Origin: Octopus sinensis
Taxonomy: Eukaryota
DNA: 64,000 nt
NCBI RefSeq assembly: GCF_006345805.1
Contig: NC_042998.1
Span: 124,186,001-124,250,000, forward strand
Direction of reading: 5' to 3'
A program made the position numbers and the translations under genes. The stretch's first letter is position 1. Each line of letters begins with the position of its first letter. This document shows, piece by piece, positions 13,049 through 23,804 of the stretch. Under the pieces are notes generated by a model, which saw only the letters and a program-made list of their open reading frames with translations, was not told the DNA's origin and made no database searches.

Positions 13049-13900
13049 CCAAACGGGAAAACAAAAAAAAACAACAATGGAACAATTACAGTATTATTAT
13101 AATAGGCGCTCAGGAAGCAGGAGGGTATGACGTTTCGAGCGGAGCTCTTCGTCGGAAACATAAAGAAGGAAGAGAGAGGAAAGAAAGATCCCAAAGCGGG
13201 CAACAGGGATAGAGAAAAAAAAAACGACTGGTGTTTACGAGTTACACATGGTGAAAGGCGGAAGTTTACGTTAACAAGAGCAAAGTAGGTTTTTAAAGGC
13301 AAAAGAGTGGAGACAAGGTTGGTAACGCAACAGATGTGTGTGTATGTGTGAGTGTGTGCGTGTGTGTATGTGTGTGTGCGTGTGTGTATGTGTGTGTGTG
13401 AGGCGAGATAAAAAAACAAAAAATATATGTATGTGTTAGTGTGTGCGTCTGTGTGTAGGCGTATGAGGTAGGGCGAGACAGTGGTAGGCATAACAGACAC
13501 TGGTCAGTAGTAAGAAAAAGAAGGAAGGAGGAAGGGAGGGAGGGGGAAGGGGTGGGGGCGTATGTAGCGTGCCAGCGTGTGTTGAGTAGTAGTGTGTGTG
13601 TGTGTCCAGTGTCGTGGTAGTATTAATGGCGAGTAGATTGAATGTGTGTAAGAGTAATGTATATATTTAAGCAATGTGTGTATATGTGTGCGCGTGTGTG
13701 TAACAAAAAAGGGGGGGTTTAAGGAAAAAGGACTCCAGCTGAGGGGAAGATGGAAGAGTGGTCCCGCGGAGACGGGCGTGGGAAAACCCAACGCCAAGCG
13801 ACGGTCCCAGGAACGAGCGGGAGGTCTCGTCGGGTCCAAGAGCGAGGTGCATGCGGCGCGTATGCGTGCGCGAACCGGCGCAAGCGCGTGTGTGCGCGCG
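13040..13900 (-). mobile_element. Penelope-like element 3' remnant
   Basis: CT/CA-rich minus-strand tail, weak GIY-YIG C-terminal-like peptide (..GTVAW..) and a terminal hammerhead motif. Confidence 0.5.
13125..13159 (-). ncRNA. Minimal hammerhead motif with U4C core variant
   Basis: GUUU-CCGACGA-A-GAGC-UCC-GCUC-GAAAC-GUC-AUAC; stem II perfect, stem I 3 of 4 pairs. Confidence 0.55.
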
Positions 13901-14271
13901 CCTGCGAGTATGCGCGTAAGTGTGTATGTGTGTGGATGTGTGAGTGTGTCTGTGTGTATGTCTGGGTGTCAGTGTGTCCGATGAAATGTATGTGAGTATG
14001 TGTGTATATATGTGTGTGCATAGATGTATGTCCGTGTGTGTGTGTGTGTGTATGTGTATGAGTGTGTATGTATGTACGTGTGGGTGTGTGGAAGTGTGTG
14101 TATGTGCATGTGTGTGCGCGTACATACAGGTGTGTGAGTGAGTGTGTGTGTGTATGTATGTGTGAGTGTGTATGTATGTGTGTGTAGGATGCAAGTATGT
14201 GTAATATATATATATATATATGAAAAAACAAGTCAAAAATAGAAAATGCTAAGATGATTTTATAGTGAATC

Positions 14272-14315
14272 TTTCAGTACCGGTTTCGGTCATTTTGAGA
14301 CCTTTTCAACTGTAA
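14272..14315 (-). ncRNA. Minimal type I hammerhead with U3:A8 covariation
   Basis: UUACAG-UUGAAAA-GGUC-UCAAAAU-GACC-GAAAC-CG-GUA-CUGAAA; palindromic stem III ACCGGU. Confidence 0.7.
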
Positions 14316-14463
14316 CAATAAAATAATTAAATTTAGAAAAATTGGAAGAAAAGTTTTTTTAAAAGAATATTTCTGTAGTAGTGTTCAGATATAAGTAGCA
14401 TTCTGCCTTTCTCTGACTCCCTTGTTTGCACATTTCCCTTTGATATAATTAAGTATAATTAAG

Positions 14464-14530
<67 letters not shown>

Positions 14531-14715
14531 ATATTCTCGTTATTCTCAAAGCTAATTAGATGTTTCAGTAACGTTTCGAGTACGACCTCGAACACACAAG
14601 TGCAAACAAGGGAGTCAGAGAAAGGCAGAATGCTACTTATATCTGAACACTACTACAGAAATATTCTTTTAAAAAAACTTTTCTTCCAATTTTTCTAAAT
14701 TTAATTATTTTATCG

Positions 14716-14759
14716 TTACAGTTGAAAAGGTCTCAAAATGACTGAAACCGGTACTGAAA
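14716..14759 (+). ncRNA. Second copy of the U3:A8 hammerhead (G-U at stem II base)
   Basis: Same as 14272-14315 except GACU replaces GACC. Confidence 0.65.
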
Positions 14760-14846
14760 GATTCACTATAAAATCATCTTAGCATTTTCTATTTTTGACT
14801 TGTTTTTTCATATTATCAACTCGTGTGTTCCTTTCCACCCTTATAC

Positions 14847-14906
<60 letters not shown>

Positions 14907-15469
14907 TATATATATGTATCTATATATATGTATATGTGTGTGTCTGTGTGGTTGTGCGTCTGTGTGTGGGGGTCGTACATTCATACCAGCATGCGTGTAT
15001 GTGATAGAAATAAAATGAATGAATGAGACAGGAAGAGAGGCAGCTAGCTAGTCTAATAGATGTACTGTCAGATATAATTTAACTTTATCAAATTTTATGG
15101 AGCATGTACAAAATGTTGAAATGAATACTAATTTAAAAAAATTAAGGTAAATTCTCGTAAAGGAAAACTTCTAATTTGAACAGAGTTTCTGATAACTACT
15201 CTTTAATTTACTCTCTCTCTCGCTCTTTCTCTCTATTTCTCTCTCTCTATCTATCTCTCTCCTCCTCCTACTACTACTACTGCTGACACCAAGCCCAGCA
15301 CATGCACTCATCTTGGGTCTCTTGTTTCTTTGAATCTCCTACTCTCACTCTCTCATTGTTCATGTAAACCGTAACAGGGGGAAAACCAAGAACCAAACAA
15401 ATATCCCAAATTTATATCGGCCATAGTATATGTGTGAGCGTGTATACATGTATTCAGGCATATTTGTAC

Positions 15470-15506
<37 letters not shown>

Positions 15507-15723
15507 TCAATTTAGGGTAGCAAAAAATTCAGTAAAAATTTATCGCTACCAGCGGCCTAATGGAAAAGAGAAAATAGTCAAAGACTAAATATGTATAAAT
15601 ATAACAATTTAGGAATGGCCTAAACAGGCCATTCGTCCACCAGAAAGAGCAGCCATAACTCCAACCGCCAAGTAGTGTAATTCGGAAATAAGGTGAAAAT
15701 TTAAAAACATTTACCCTAATTCA

Positions 15724-15824
15724 TCTTTTATACGATGCATCGTTTCAGTGTCTTTAATGATAGACCAGCTTAATTAAATTAAATTAAGCTAGTCTACCAT
15801 AGGTCACACTTCATCAGTAAAAGA
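15724..15824 (-). ncRNA. Intact type I hammerhead ribozyme with extended stem II hairpin
   Basis: UCUUUUA-CUGAUGA-AGUGU..19-bp hairpin..ACACU-GAAA-CGAUGCAUC-GUA-UAAAAGA; all core nucleotides canonical. Confidence 0.88.
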
Positions 15825-16540
15825 AACCTGGGAGAGACGGATATACACGAGGCGACTGTATCAATGCCTCGGGAATATCTGTCTTAAAATTTTCAAGACC
15901 AACGCATTCGCGCCAAACTTATCGGCAGCAAATATAAACTGCCGATTCAATCTCAGAATTAGTCAGAAAATATCAATTAATCAATTTAGGGTAGCAAAAA
16001 ATTCAGTAAAAATTTATCGCTACCAGCGGCCTAATGGAAAAGAGAAAATAGTCAAAGACTAAATATGTATAAATATAACAATTTAGGAATGGCCTAAACA
16101 GGCCATTCGTCCACCAGAAAGAGCAGCCATAACTCCAACCGCCAAGTAGTGTAATTCGGAAATAAGGTGAAAATTTAAAAACTTTTTTAAATTTTCACCT
16201 TATTTCCGAATTACACTACTTGGCGGTTGGAGTTATGGCTGCTCTTTCTGGTGGACGAATGGCCTGTTTAGACCATTCCTAAATTGTTATATTTATACAT
16301 ATTTAGTCTTTGACTATTTTCTCTTTTCCATTAGGCCGCTGGTAGCGATAAATTTTTACTGAATTTTTTGCTACCCTAAATTGATTAATTGATAATTTTC
16401 TGACTAATTCTGAGATTGAATCGGCAGTTTATATTTGCTGCCGATAAGTTTGGCGCGAATGCGTTGGTCTTGAAAATTTTAAGACAGATATTCCCGAGGC
16501 ATTGATACAGTCGCCTCGTGATATCCGTCTCTCCCAGGTT

Positions 16541-16639
16541 TCTTTTACTGATGAAGTGACCTATGGTAGACTAGCTTAATTTAATTTAATTAAGCTGGTC
16601 TATCATTAAAGACACTGAAACGATGCATCGTATAAAAGA
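16541..16639 (+). ncRNA. Intact type I hammerhead ribozyme with extended stem II hairpin
   Basis: CUGAUGA 16548-16554, GAAA 16617-16620, GUA 16630-16632 (predicted cut after 16632); stem I 7 bp; stem III palindrome ACGAUGCAUCGU. Confidence 0.88.
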
Positions 16640-16759
16640 TGAATTAGGGTAAGTGTTTTTAAATTTTCACCTTATTTCCGAATTACACTACTTGGCGGTT
16701 GGAGTTATGGCTGCTCTTTCTGGTGGACGAATGGCCTGTTTAGGCCATTCCTAAATTGT

Positions 16760-16786
<27 letters not shown>

Positions 16787-16790
<4 letters not shown>

Positions 16791-17545
16791 ATAAAATGCA
16801 GTGTACATTTAAACATATAAGGAATCCACTCGTGGGATTCAACACGCTAGAAAGAACAGCTAGGTTCTATAACCACAAAATTAGGGATTAATTTCGACAG
16901 GAACGAAATGAAAAAATAAAAACATTTTAACATCTAGTTTCCTGGACCAATTGGTTTCTGATTTTAGTTTAGCAAGCAAATAACCTTTACCCGCCAGGTG
17001 AAATCGTCTTCAACCTTAGATAAATATATAAACACGAGGCGATCAAACTATGTGTCTCTTGTTTATATATACTAAAGTTTTCAAATTCTACTGCGCAGAC
17101 GCAACCCTTCGCCGGCAATAAAAAAATGCCGACATTTAAAAACCGAAAATTATCCAAAAACTTACAATACTTAATTATATCAAAGGGAAATGGAAAATAA
17201 TTAAAACTATCATTTCCAGTGATAATAGGATGTATAAAGAAGAGGCACATAGTTTGATCCCCTCGTGTTTATATATTTATCTAGGGTGTACCTGCTGAAG
17301 ACGATTTTACCTAGCGTGTAAGGGTTATTTGCTTGCTAAACTAAAATCAGAAACCAATTGGTCCAGGAAACTAGAGGGCAAAATGTTTTTATTTTTTCAT
17401 TTCGTTCCTATCGAATTTTATATCTATATCTTGTGGTTATAGAACCTAGCTGTTCTATAGCTTTCTAGCTTTTTAGCTTTCTATTGTGTTGAATCCCACG
17501 AGTGGATTCCTTATGTGTTTAAATATACACTGTATTTTATGGCTA
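16787..17545. repeat. Diverged inverted repeat (16787-17060 / 17238-17545) of a third HHR-bearing element
   Basis: Long reverse-complement matches, e.g. aaggaatccactcgtgggattcaacac vs gtgttgaatcccacgagtggattcctt. Confidence 0.88.
17291..17367 (+). ncRNA. Near-intact type I hammerhead
   Basis: CCUG-CUGAAGA-C-GAUUUUA...UAAAAUC-A-GAAA-CCAAUUG-GUC-CAGG; stem III palindrome ACCAAUUGGU; C-A mismatch at stem II base. Confidence 0.75.
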
Positions 17546-18113
17546 ATACATAGTCTTTAGACTAAACTTTTACACGTTAAGCCACTGGAAATTATAATTT
17601 AAATTAATTTCCATTTCCCTTTGATATAATTAAGTATAATTAAGTATATATATATTATATATATATATTCTCGTTATTCTCAAAGCTAATTAGATGTTTC
17701 AGTAACGTTTCGAGTACGAAAGTTATTATAACTGATACACTCAAGTAATTATTGGTCCATGGATTAATAATTTGTCTAGAGTTATTGTAGTTTATACACA
17801 TCCTTGTTGTTCCCAAGTGCTCTTATATTTTAGTAGATGGTATAAGGTAAATTGCCAAGTATGTCTGTGAGTAGGAGGTCTTACATTACTTGATTACAAA
17901 ATACACGTATCCAATAAGATGACTTGGCATATGTAAATACATATAGTCTCACAAACATATATACATATATAGAGAGAGAGCTGAACTAAGAAATTATATA
18001 AACACACACATACTGAAATATATATATATATATGTGTGTGTGAGAGTGTGTGAGTGTGTGTATGTGTGTATGTGTGTGTGTGTGTGTTTGTGTGTGTATA
18101 TATATACATATAT

Positions 18114-18272
18114 AGGCGCAGATGTGGCTATGTGGTAAGAAACTTGCTTCCCAACCACATGGTTTCGAATTCAGTTCTTTTGCGCGGTACTTAGGGCAAC
18201 TGTCTTCTACTGCCTCCGGCCGACCAAACCCTCGTGAGTGGATTTGGTGGACGGAAACTGAAAGAGGCCCCC

Positions 18273-18275
<3 letters not shown>
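18114..18275 (+). mobile_element. 5' half of the major tRNA-derived SINE (split by a PLE insertion)
   Basis: Matches 45767-45930 (GGCGCAG..TGGCT.TGTGGTAAG...ACGGAAACTGAAAGA). Confidence 0.85.
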
Positions 18276-18309
<34 letters not shown>

Positions 18310-18311
<2 letters not shown>

Positions 18312-19665
18312 TCCCCCTCACCTCCCACCCCACTAACATTACCTTTCCAACGCACCATTCTCCGAGCTTTCCGGCGTCTCCAGACCGAACCCCCACTTCA
18401 CACATCTTCACTAACCGACACCTCCCCTCCTTCAAATGAACTCACAAACTACGAGACCTCTTGGTCCACAGCTTCTTCCCCAACCACCCAACCTGGCTCG
18501 TTCTCCTGCTCTCGCCTTCGCTGCCGCACTTGCCCTTACCTCTCCAACAAGACCCTCCTCAACGGCACCCATCATCGACCCTATCACATCACCGACTCCT
18601 TCACTTGAACTTCTACCTATATCATCTATTGCATCTCCTGCTCTCTCTGCCATTCTGTGTACATCCGATCAACGGGACGCCTCTTGGCTGACCTGTTCGC
18701 GGAACACCTCCGAGACATCCGCCTCGGCAATGACATTCCGGTCTCACGCAATTTCCACTCTACCGCTCACTCTTTGCAACACCTGTCCGTGTTCACATTT
18801 GTCCTTGCGGCGTGAACATGGATTAATCTTCTCTCTTCGCTCTTTTGCGCCACATGAGCTCAGCTCTCTTCCCCTCTTCATCTAACCACCTCCCCTTGCC
18901 TTTCTCCCCCTCCCTCCTACTTCCTCCCACACCTCTCCTCTCTTGCTCCGACTCATACTTCTCTTTCCTCCTACTCTCTTTCTCTCTTCTCTCTTCTCTC
19001 ATACCCACCTTTCCCTTCCCCCTCCATCGTCAACCCTCCCCATAAACCCACCCGAATCCTACACATTCCTAACCCACCTTCCCTATCCTTCCCATCCATC
19101 CCCATCCCATCCCTTACACCTTCTCCCACATACCCTACCTCTACCCCCACCCTCTGCCTACCCACATACCCGACCCTCAGTCTAACCCACATCCCACCCG
19201 TGCTTTCTCCACTCTCGCCTCCCCCACATCCCAACATCACACAACACCACATTACACCATACCACACAAAACATCACATCACAACACATGACCACGCACA
19301 CAACAGCACTGACCAATTCCCATCCCCACATTTTTATACCTACACATACACACACGCACACGTCACGATCACCAGCCTCTTTCACACGCACTTACATACT
19401 CTCTTACACACACACGCACCTTCGTTTTGGGAACACTACTACTTTGTTATCTCTCCTCCATCTTAGCGTCACCGTGTGACCCTTTGCCCGGCATTCGCCA
19501 TGTTAGATCGGTAGCCAGTGCACACATTTTTTCTTTTCTGTCCTTGTTTCTGTCCTTGTTTCTTTCTGTGGAAGAGCGTAGTCTCGAAACGTTAATGACT
19601 TTTTCAATTCCCGAGCGTTATACTAATACTAGTTTGCTGTCTACACCACCTGTCTGTTTCTTTTG
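18310..19665 (+). mobile_element. 5'-truncated Penelope-like element with GIY-YIG endonuclease pseudogene
   Basis: CSRLRCRTCPY..TDSFT*TSTYIIYCISCSLCHSVYIRSTGRLLADLFAEHLRDIR..REHGLIFSLRSFAPH; C-rich tail; terminal HHR motif. Confidence 0.85.
19561..19598 (+). ncRNA. Minimal hammerhead motif with A6U core variant
   Basis: UCUUU-CUGUGGA-A-GAG-CGUAGU-CUC-GAAAC-GUU-AAUGA. Confidence 0.5.
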
Positions 19666-19671
19666 TTTTTG

Positions 19672-19734
<63 letters not shown>

Positions 19735-19752
19735 GCCTCTTTCAGCTTCCGT

Positions 19753-19774
<22 letters not shown>

Positions 19775-19789
<15 letters not shown>

Positions 19790-19995
19790 GTGTATCTGTG
19801 TTTGCCCCTACCATCGCTTGGCAACCGACGTTGGGTGCGTTTACTTCCCCGTAACTTAGCGGTTTGGCAAACGAGACCGATAGAATAAGTACTAGGCTTA
19901 CAAAAAATAAGTCCTGGGGTCGATGTATTCGACTAAAGGTGGTGCTCCAGCATGGCCGCAGTCAAATGACTGAAACAAAAAGAATAAAAGAATAG
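19775..19995 (+). mobile_element. 3' half of the SINE whose 5' half is at 18114-18275
   Basis: Matches 45950-46186. Confidence 0.85.
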
Positions 19996-20387
19996 ATATA
20001 TGTATATTCCTATCTTTATAAGTACTCATGTATGCAAGTGTGAAAGCATGTGTATGTGTCTGAGTGCGTGCGTGTGTGTCTGTACATGTCTGTGGTATGT
20101 GCGTAGCAAAACGTGTTTCATCTCCGATGTTTTGAGCAGAGAAATCTAAAAATCTGGGAATACTTTTATTTAACCATTCGGAGTTGTCCGATCAGGAATC
20201 TATTGGGTCCCCACCACTTTTTGAAAATTTTCAACAAAGAACAGTGAATTATATTCCTTATCGTTCTCTCCTTATGATAATAAAGTTTCATTCCAGATTA
20301 TACAAAATACATGCATATGTGTGTGTATCACGCACAAACACACGCACATACGCACACACGCACACACTCACACACACACACACACAC

Positions 20388-20425
<38 letters not shown>

Positions 20426-20641
20426 GTCAAAAAAGGGTAATAACATAGATTACTACCAGTGGCCCAGCACAAAAGACGAATTAGTCATTAGACAAAATAT
20501 TATTCATATAGAAATATAATTTATATATATATTTATATATATATATATATATATTTACAACAATTGCAGCGTGGAAGGTGTTTATAAGCCATTTAAGAAA
20601 CACACAAAAGCCGTTCGATTCACTTCAACATTTAAGTTTAA

Positions 20642-20691
20642 TTTGTCAAAATATTTTCGTCGCTAAAATCAGCGACCTGTTCACTGACAAA
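20642..20691 (-). ncRNA. Minimal type I hammerhead with G3:C8 covariation
   Basis: UUUGUCA-GUGAACA-G-GUCGCU-GAUUUU-AGCGAC-GAAA-AUA-UUU-UGACAAA; stem I 7 bp and stem II 6 bp perfect; stem III palindrome AAUAUU. Confidence 0.75.
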
Positions 20692-21074
20692 GTCCGTGCT
20701 GCATCTGAGAAAGTAACAGTTAGTTCGTCATATATATGTACGTATGTATGTGTGTATGTATGCATACATGTGTGTATGTATGTACGTATGCATGTACATA
20801 CATACGCCTGTGTATGCTTGTATGTATGTATGTATGTATGTATGTATATATGTATGTGTGTATATGCACGCACATACACTCTATAAACATAAAGCTATAA
20901 ACCTGTAGCAATGGATGGATGTAGAGTGACCACTCATCACAAAGCTATCAAATTTCAACTTCCTCAGGCCGAAGCTAGAAAGTGATTTACGATGCTTACT
21001 CCCAAAACTATACCCTAAAATCTAATATCAGATCTTTATCTCTATATCACAGAACTATTGTTTTACTATTGTGC

Positions 21075-21350
21075 GTATGTATGTATGTATGTGCGTATGT
21101 ATGTATGTATGTATGTATGTATGTATGCATGTATGTATGTATGTATGTATGTATGTATGTATGTATGTATGTATGTGTGTATGTATGTGTGTATGTACAT
21201 ACGTACGCATGTGCGTATGTATGTATACGCGCTCGTATGCATGTGCCCATGTATGTGTGTGCGTACATGTACGTGCGTATGTACGTGTGTATGCCCAAAC
21301 GTAGGTATGTATGTATGTTTGTATTCATGTGCTACGTATGTATGTGAGTG
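21075..21350. repeat. (ATGT)n microsatellite, degenerate
   Basis: Directly visible. Confidence 0.95.
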
Positions 21351-21616
21351 TCTAGGAGAATGGGCAGACGTGTCTGTGAGAGTGGGTACATGTGTATGTG
21401 TATGTGAACGTATGTCCGTGTACTGGCATGTGTCCGTCCAAGTTGTGTACATGACTGTTACTTTGTTGAAGGTTGTATACATATTCACATATATGTTTGT
21501 ATAGACGCACACACACATATATATATATATGTATGGGTGTGTGTTTGTTCCTCTCATCATCGTCTAACCGTGAATGGATACAACGCCTATATATATTTAT
21601 ATATATATATATATAT

Positions 21617-21668
<52 letters not shown>

Positions 21669-21780
21669 CATCTGTATATAAGTATATACGTGTAAGTGTA
21701 TATAGATATGTTTAAAGAGACAGAAAGTGGAAGAGAGGTAGCAAGAACGACGTGTGCATGTATGTACTTATAACTTTTCT

Positions 21781-21830
<50 letters not shown>

Positions 21831-21846
21831 TATGTATGTATGTATG

Positions 21847-21902
<56 letters not shown>

Positions 21903-22632
21903 TAGATAGATAGATAGATATAAATATACTCATAAACACACATACACATACATTTATACGCACATACATTAGCTACAATATTTGAAGAAAAAATCTCCAT
22001 CAGTGACCTTTAATGTTTTCCTAACCTACAAAATATTATCTAAAAGAACATCTTTTAACACACTCAAAGATTCTTTCATGTGGCATCTATTTATCTTTTA
22101 AACCCAGTCCAATCGTATTCTCACAAAATATTCAAATTACGGCAGCACTTTTCGATAGATGGGTCACTGTATAATACCATTATTTTATTGTAACTGTCCA
22201 ACCTTTCAGCTGCAGGCCAGCTTCTCTTAACCTTCCAGTCAAATCTCTAACTAAACTAACCATATCTTAGAAATATTCTGTGTTTTAGATTGCACCTGTG
22301 ATTTAACCTGACCGCTCTAATTCACTTAACCAGCACATCTCGTTTACCAATTATTGCCTCGTCTTCATACTTTACAATGGTAGGTATATGCACTTCTACT
22401 ACATACTCCTTTCCATTCCGACAAGGCAAGTACTACGGTAATTTGAAGTTGACTTTCGACATTGATGTAATAGTCATGAGATTCTCCATGGGTATGAAGT
22501 TTGTGACTGTTAGTCCCTTGTTTTAACGTGTTAAAACGCTTTTATATTTATCTATATATCTATCCCCCTATCAGTCAATCTTTCTATCTTCCTATCACTC
22601 AACAGATCTCTTTCTCTCTTTCTCACTACTTA

Positions 22633-22703
<71 letters not shown>

Positions 22704-22919
22704 CTATACATACCAATACGTACTAATACATACTAATACATACTAATACATACACCAACCCCATACATACGCACGTCCAGACCAATCTTACGCACTAATA
22801 CTCTCTCATACACACACACACACACACACACACACAACACACACACACACACCCGTATACATACTAATACATACACCAACCCTATACATACACACATCCA
22901 GACCCCTCCCACGCACTTT

Positions 22920-23225
22920 TAGCTGGTCACTCAACCCTTTTATCAACCCTATTATCTCCCCTTATTTCGCTCTCGCGTCTCATGTTTGATCTTTGACCTC
23001 TGGCCGAAATCAGATCGCCATGTTGATTCGTTAGCTACTGCACGCATTTTTTTCTCTCCTTCTTCTGTGTTTTTCTCTCTCTGTGTATCTTTCTGTGAAG
23101 AGCGTAGGCTCGAAACGTTAAAGACTTGTTTTATTTATATTTCCTGAGCGCCATACTAATACAATTGTTCGTTTGTCTTCCACCTGCCTTCGTCTTTTGT
23201 TTATTTTCATAAAGCTTCCCGTTAT
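22920..23225 (+). mobile_element. PLE terminal repeat fragment with HHR motif (23088-23124), same family as 19430-19665
   Basis: Shared cgccatgtt..tagc.a.tgcac.cattttt..ctgtg(g)aagagcgtaggctcgaaacgttaaagac..gagcg..atactaatac. Confidence 0.7.
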
Positions 23226-23266
23226 ATATATATGTATGTATGTATATATATATGTATATGTATATA

Positions 23267-23314
<48 letters not shown>

Positions 23315-23408
23315 TATATATATACACACACCATACACGTATAAATACACACACACATATATATATATATGTATATATATAGAGAGAGAGACAGACAAAG
23401 TGAGAGAG

Positions 23409-23804
23409 AGAATAAAGATTATTTGCCAACATAACGAGGAAGTCGTGTTCGGCTAGAGATGACGCTGCTAAATTCTTGTTCGAAATAAAATAGAAATTTT
23501 CTATTTTATTAGATCAGTGACCGTGTGTCACATTCAAAACTATTTCGTTCGAACAAGAATTTAGCAGTACCACCTCTAGCCGAACAGTTATTCTGTGCTG
23601 ATAAATGGAACTAACCCAGAGATCGCGATACGCAGATATTATTTTATGTTGAGTAGGGATGCTAACCTCTCTTGCTCAAAAATATAAGGACACATATAGT
23701 GTGTCGTACAGCCAGCTGGAGACGAACTTTCCTGGGGCTACATAACAGTAACATTGGTTCAAAATCAGAACTGCCACGTAATGTTGGCAAATAATCTTTA
23801 TTCT
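23409..23804. mobile_element. MITE-like element with 28-bp TIRs and an internal foldback
   Basis: AGAATAAAGATTATTTGCCAACATAACG (23409-23436) vs CGTAATGTTGGCAAATAATCTTTATTCT (23777-23804), 1 mismatch; inner IR near 23447-23484 / 23548-23585. Confidence 0.7.

Larger units (their letters stand above)
14221..14810. repeat. Inverted repeat, ~210-bp arms (14221-14431 / 14600-14810) with ~170-bp spacer
   Basis: Arms are near-perfect reverse complements; the spacer matches 17613-17720. Confidence 0.92.
15502..16763. mobile_element. Retrozyme-like/PLE-derived non-autonomous element: ~473-nt unit with terminal redundancy, duplicated as a palindrome
   Basis: Direct repeat period 474 (15505 vs 15979) and 472 (16189 vs 16661); arms 15600-16181 / 16184-16763 with 2-nt spacer; one intact HHR per arm. 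Confidence 0.8.

Noticed and set aside
17693-17740. Stem I plus GAAACGUU relic on the minus strand
   Set aside because: Core position reads UAUAAUA, too diverged to call; mentioned only as part of the cluster
21960-22520. Possible LINE ORF1-like relic on the minus strand (also 3916-4480)
   Set aside because: Purine-rich minus strand suggests retroelement origin, but there are no recognisable motifs
22720-22915. (TACTAATACA)n short tandem repeats and a local ~60-bp duplication; also a short duplication at ~57715-57752
   Set aside because: Simple slippage repeats; no spacer structure, not CRISPR-like
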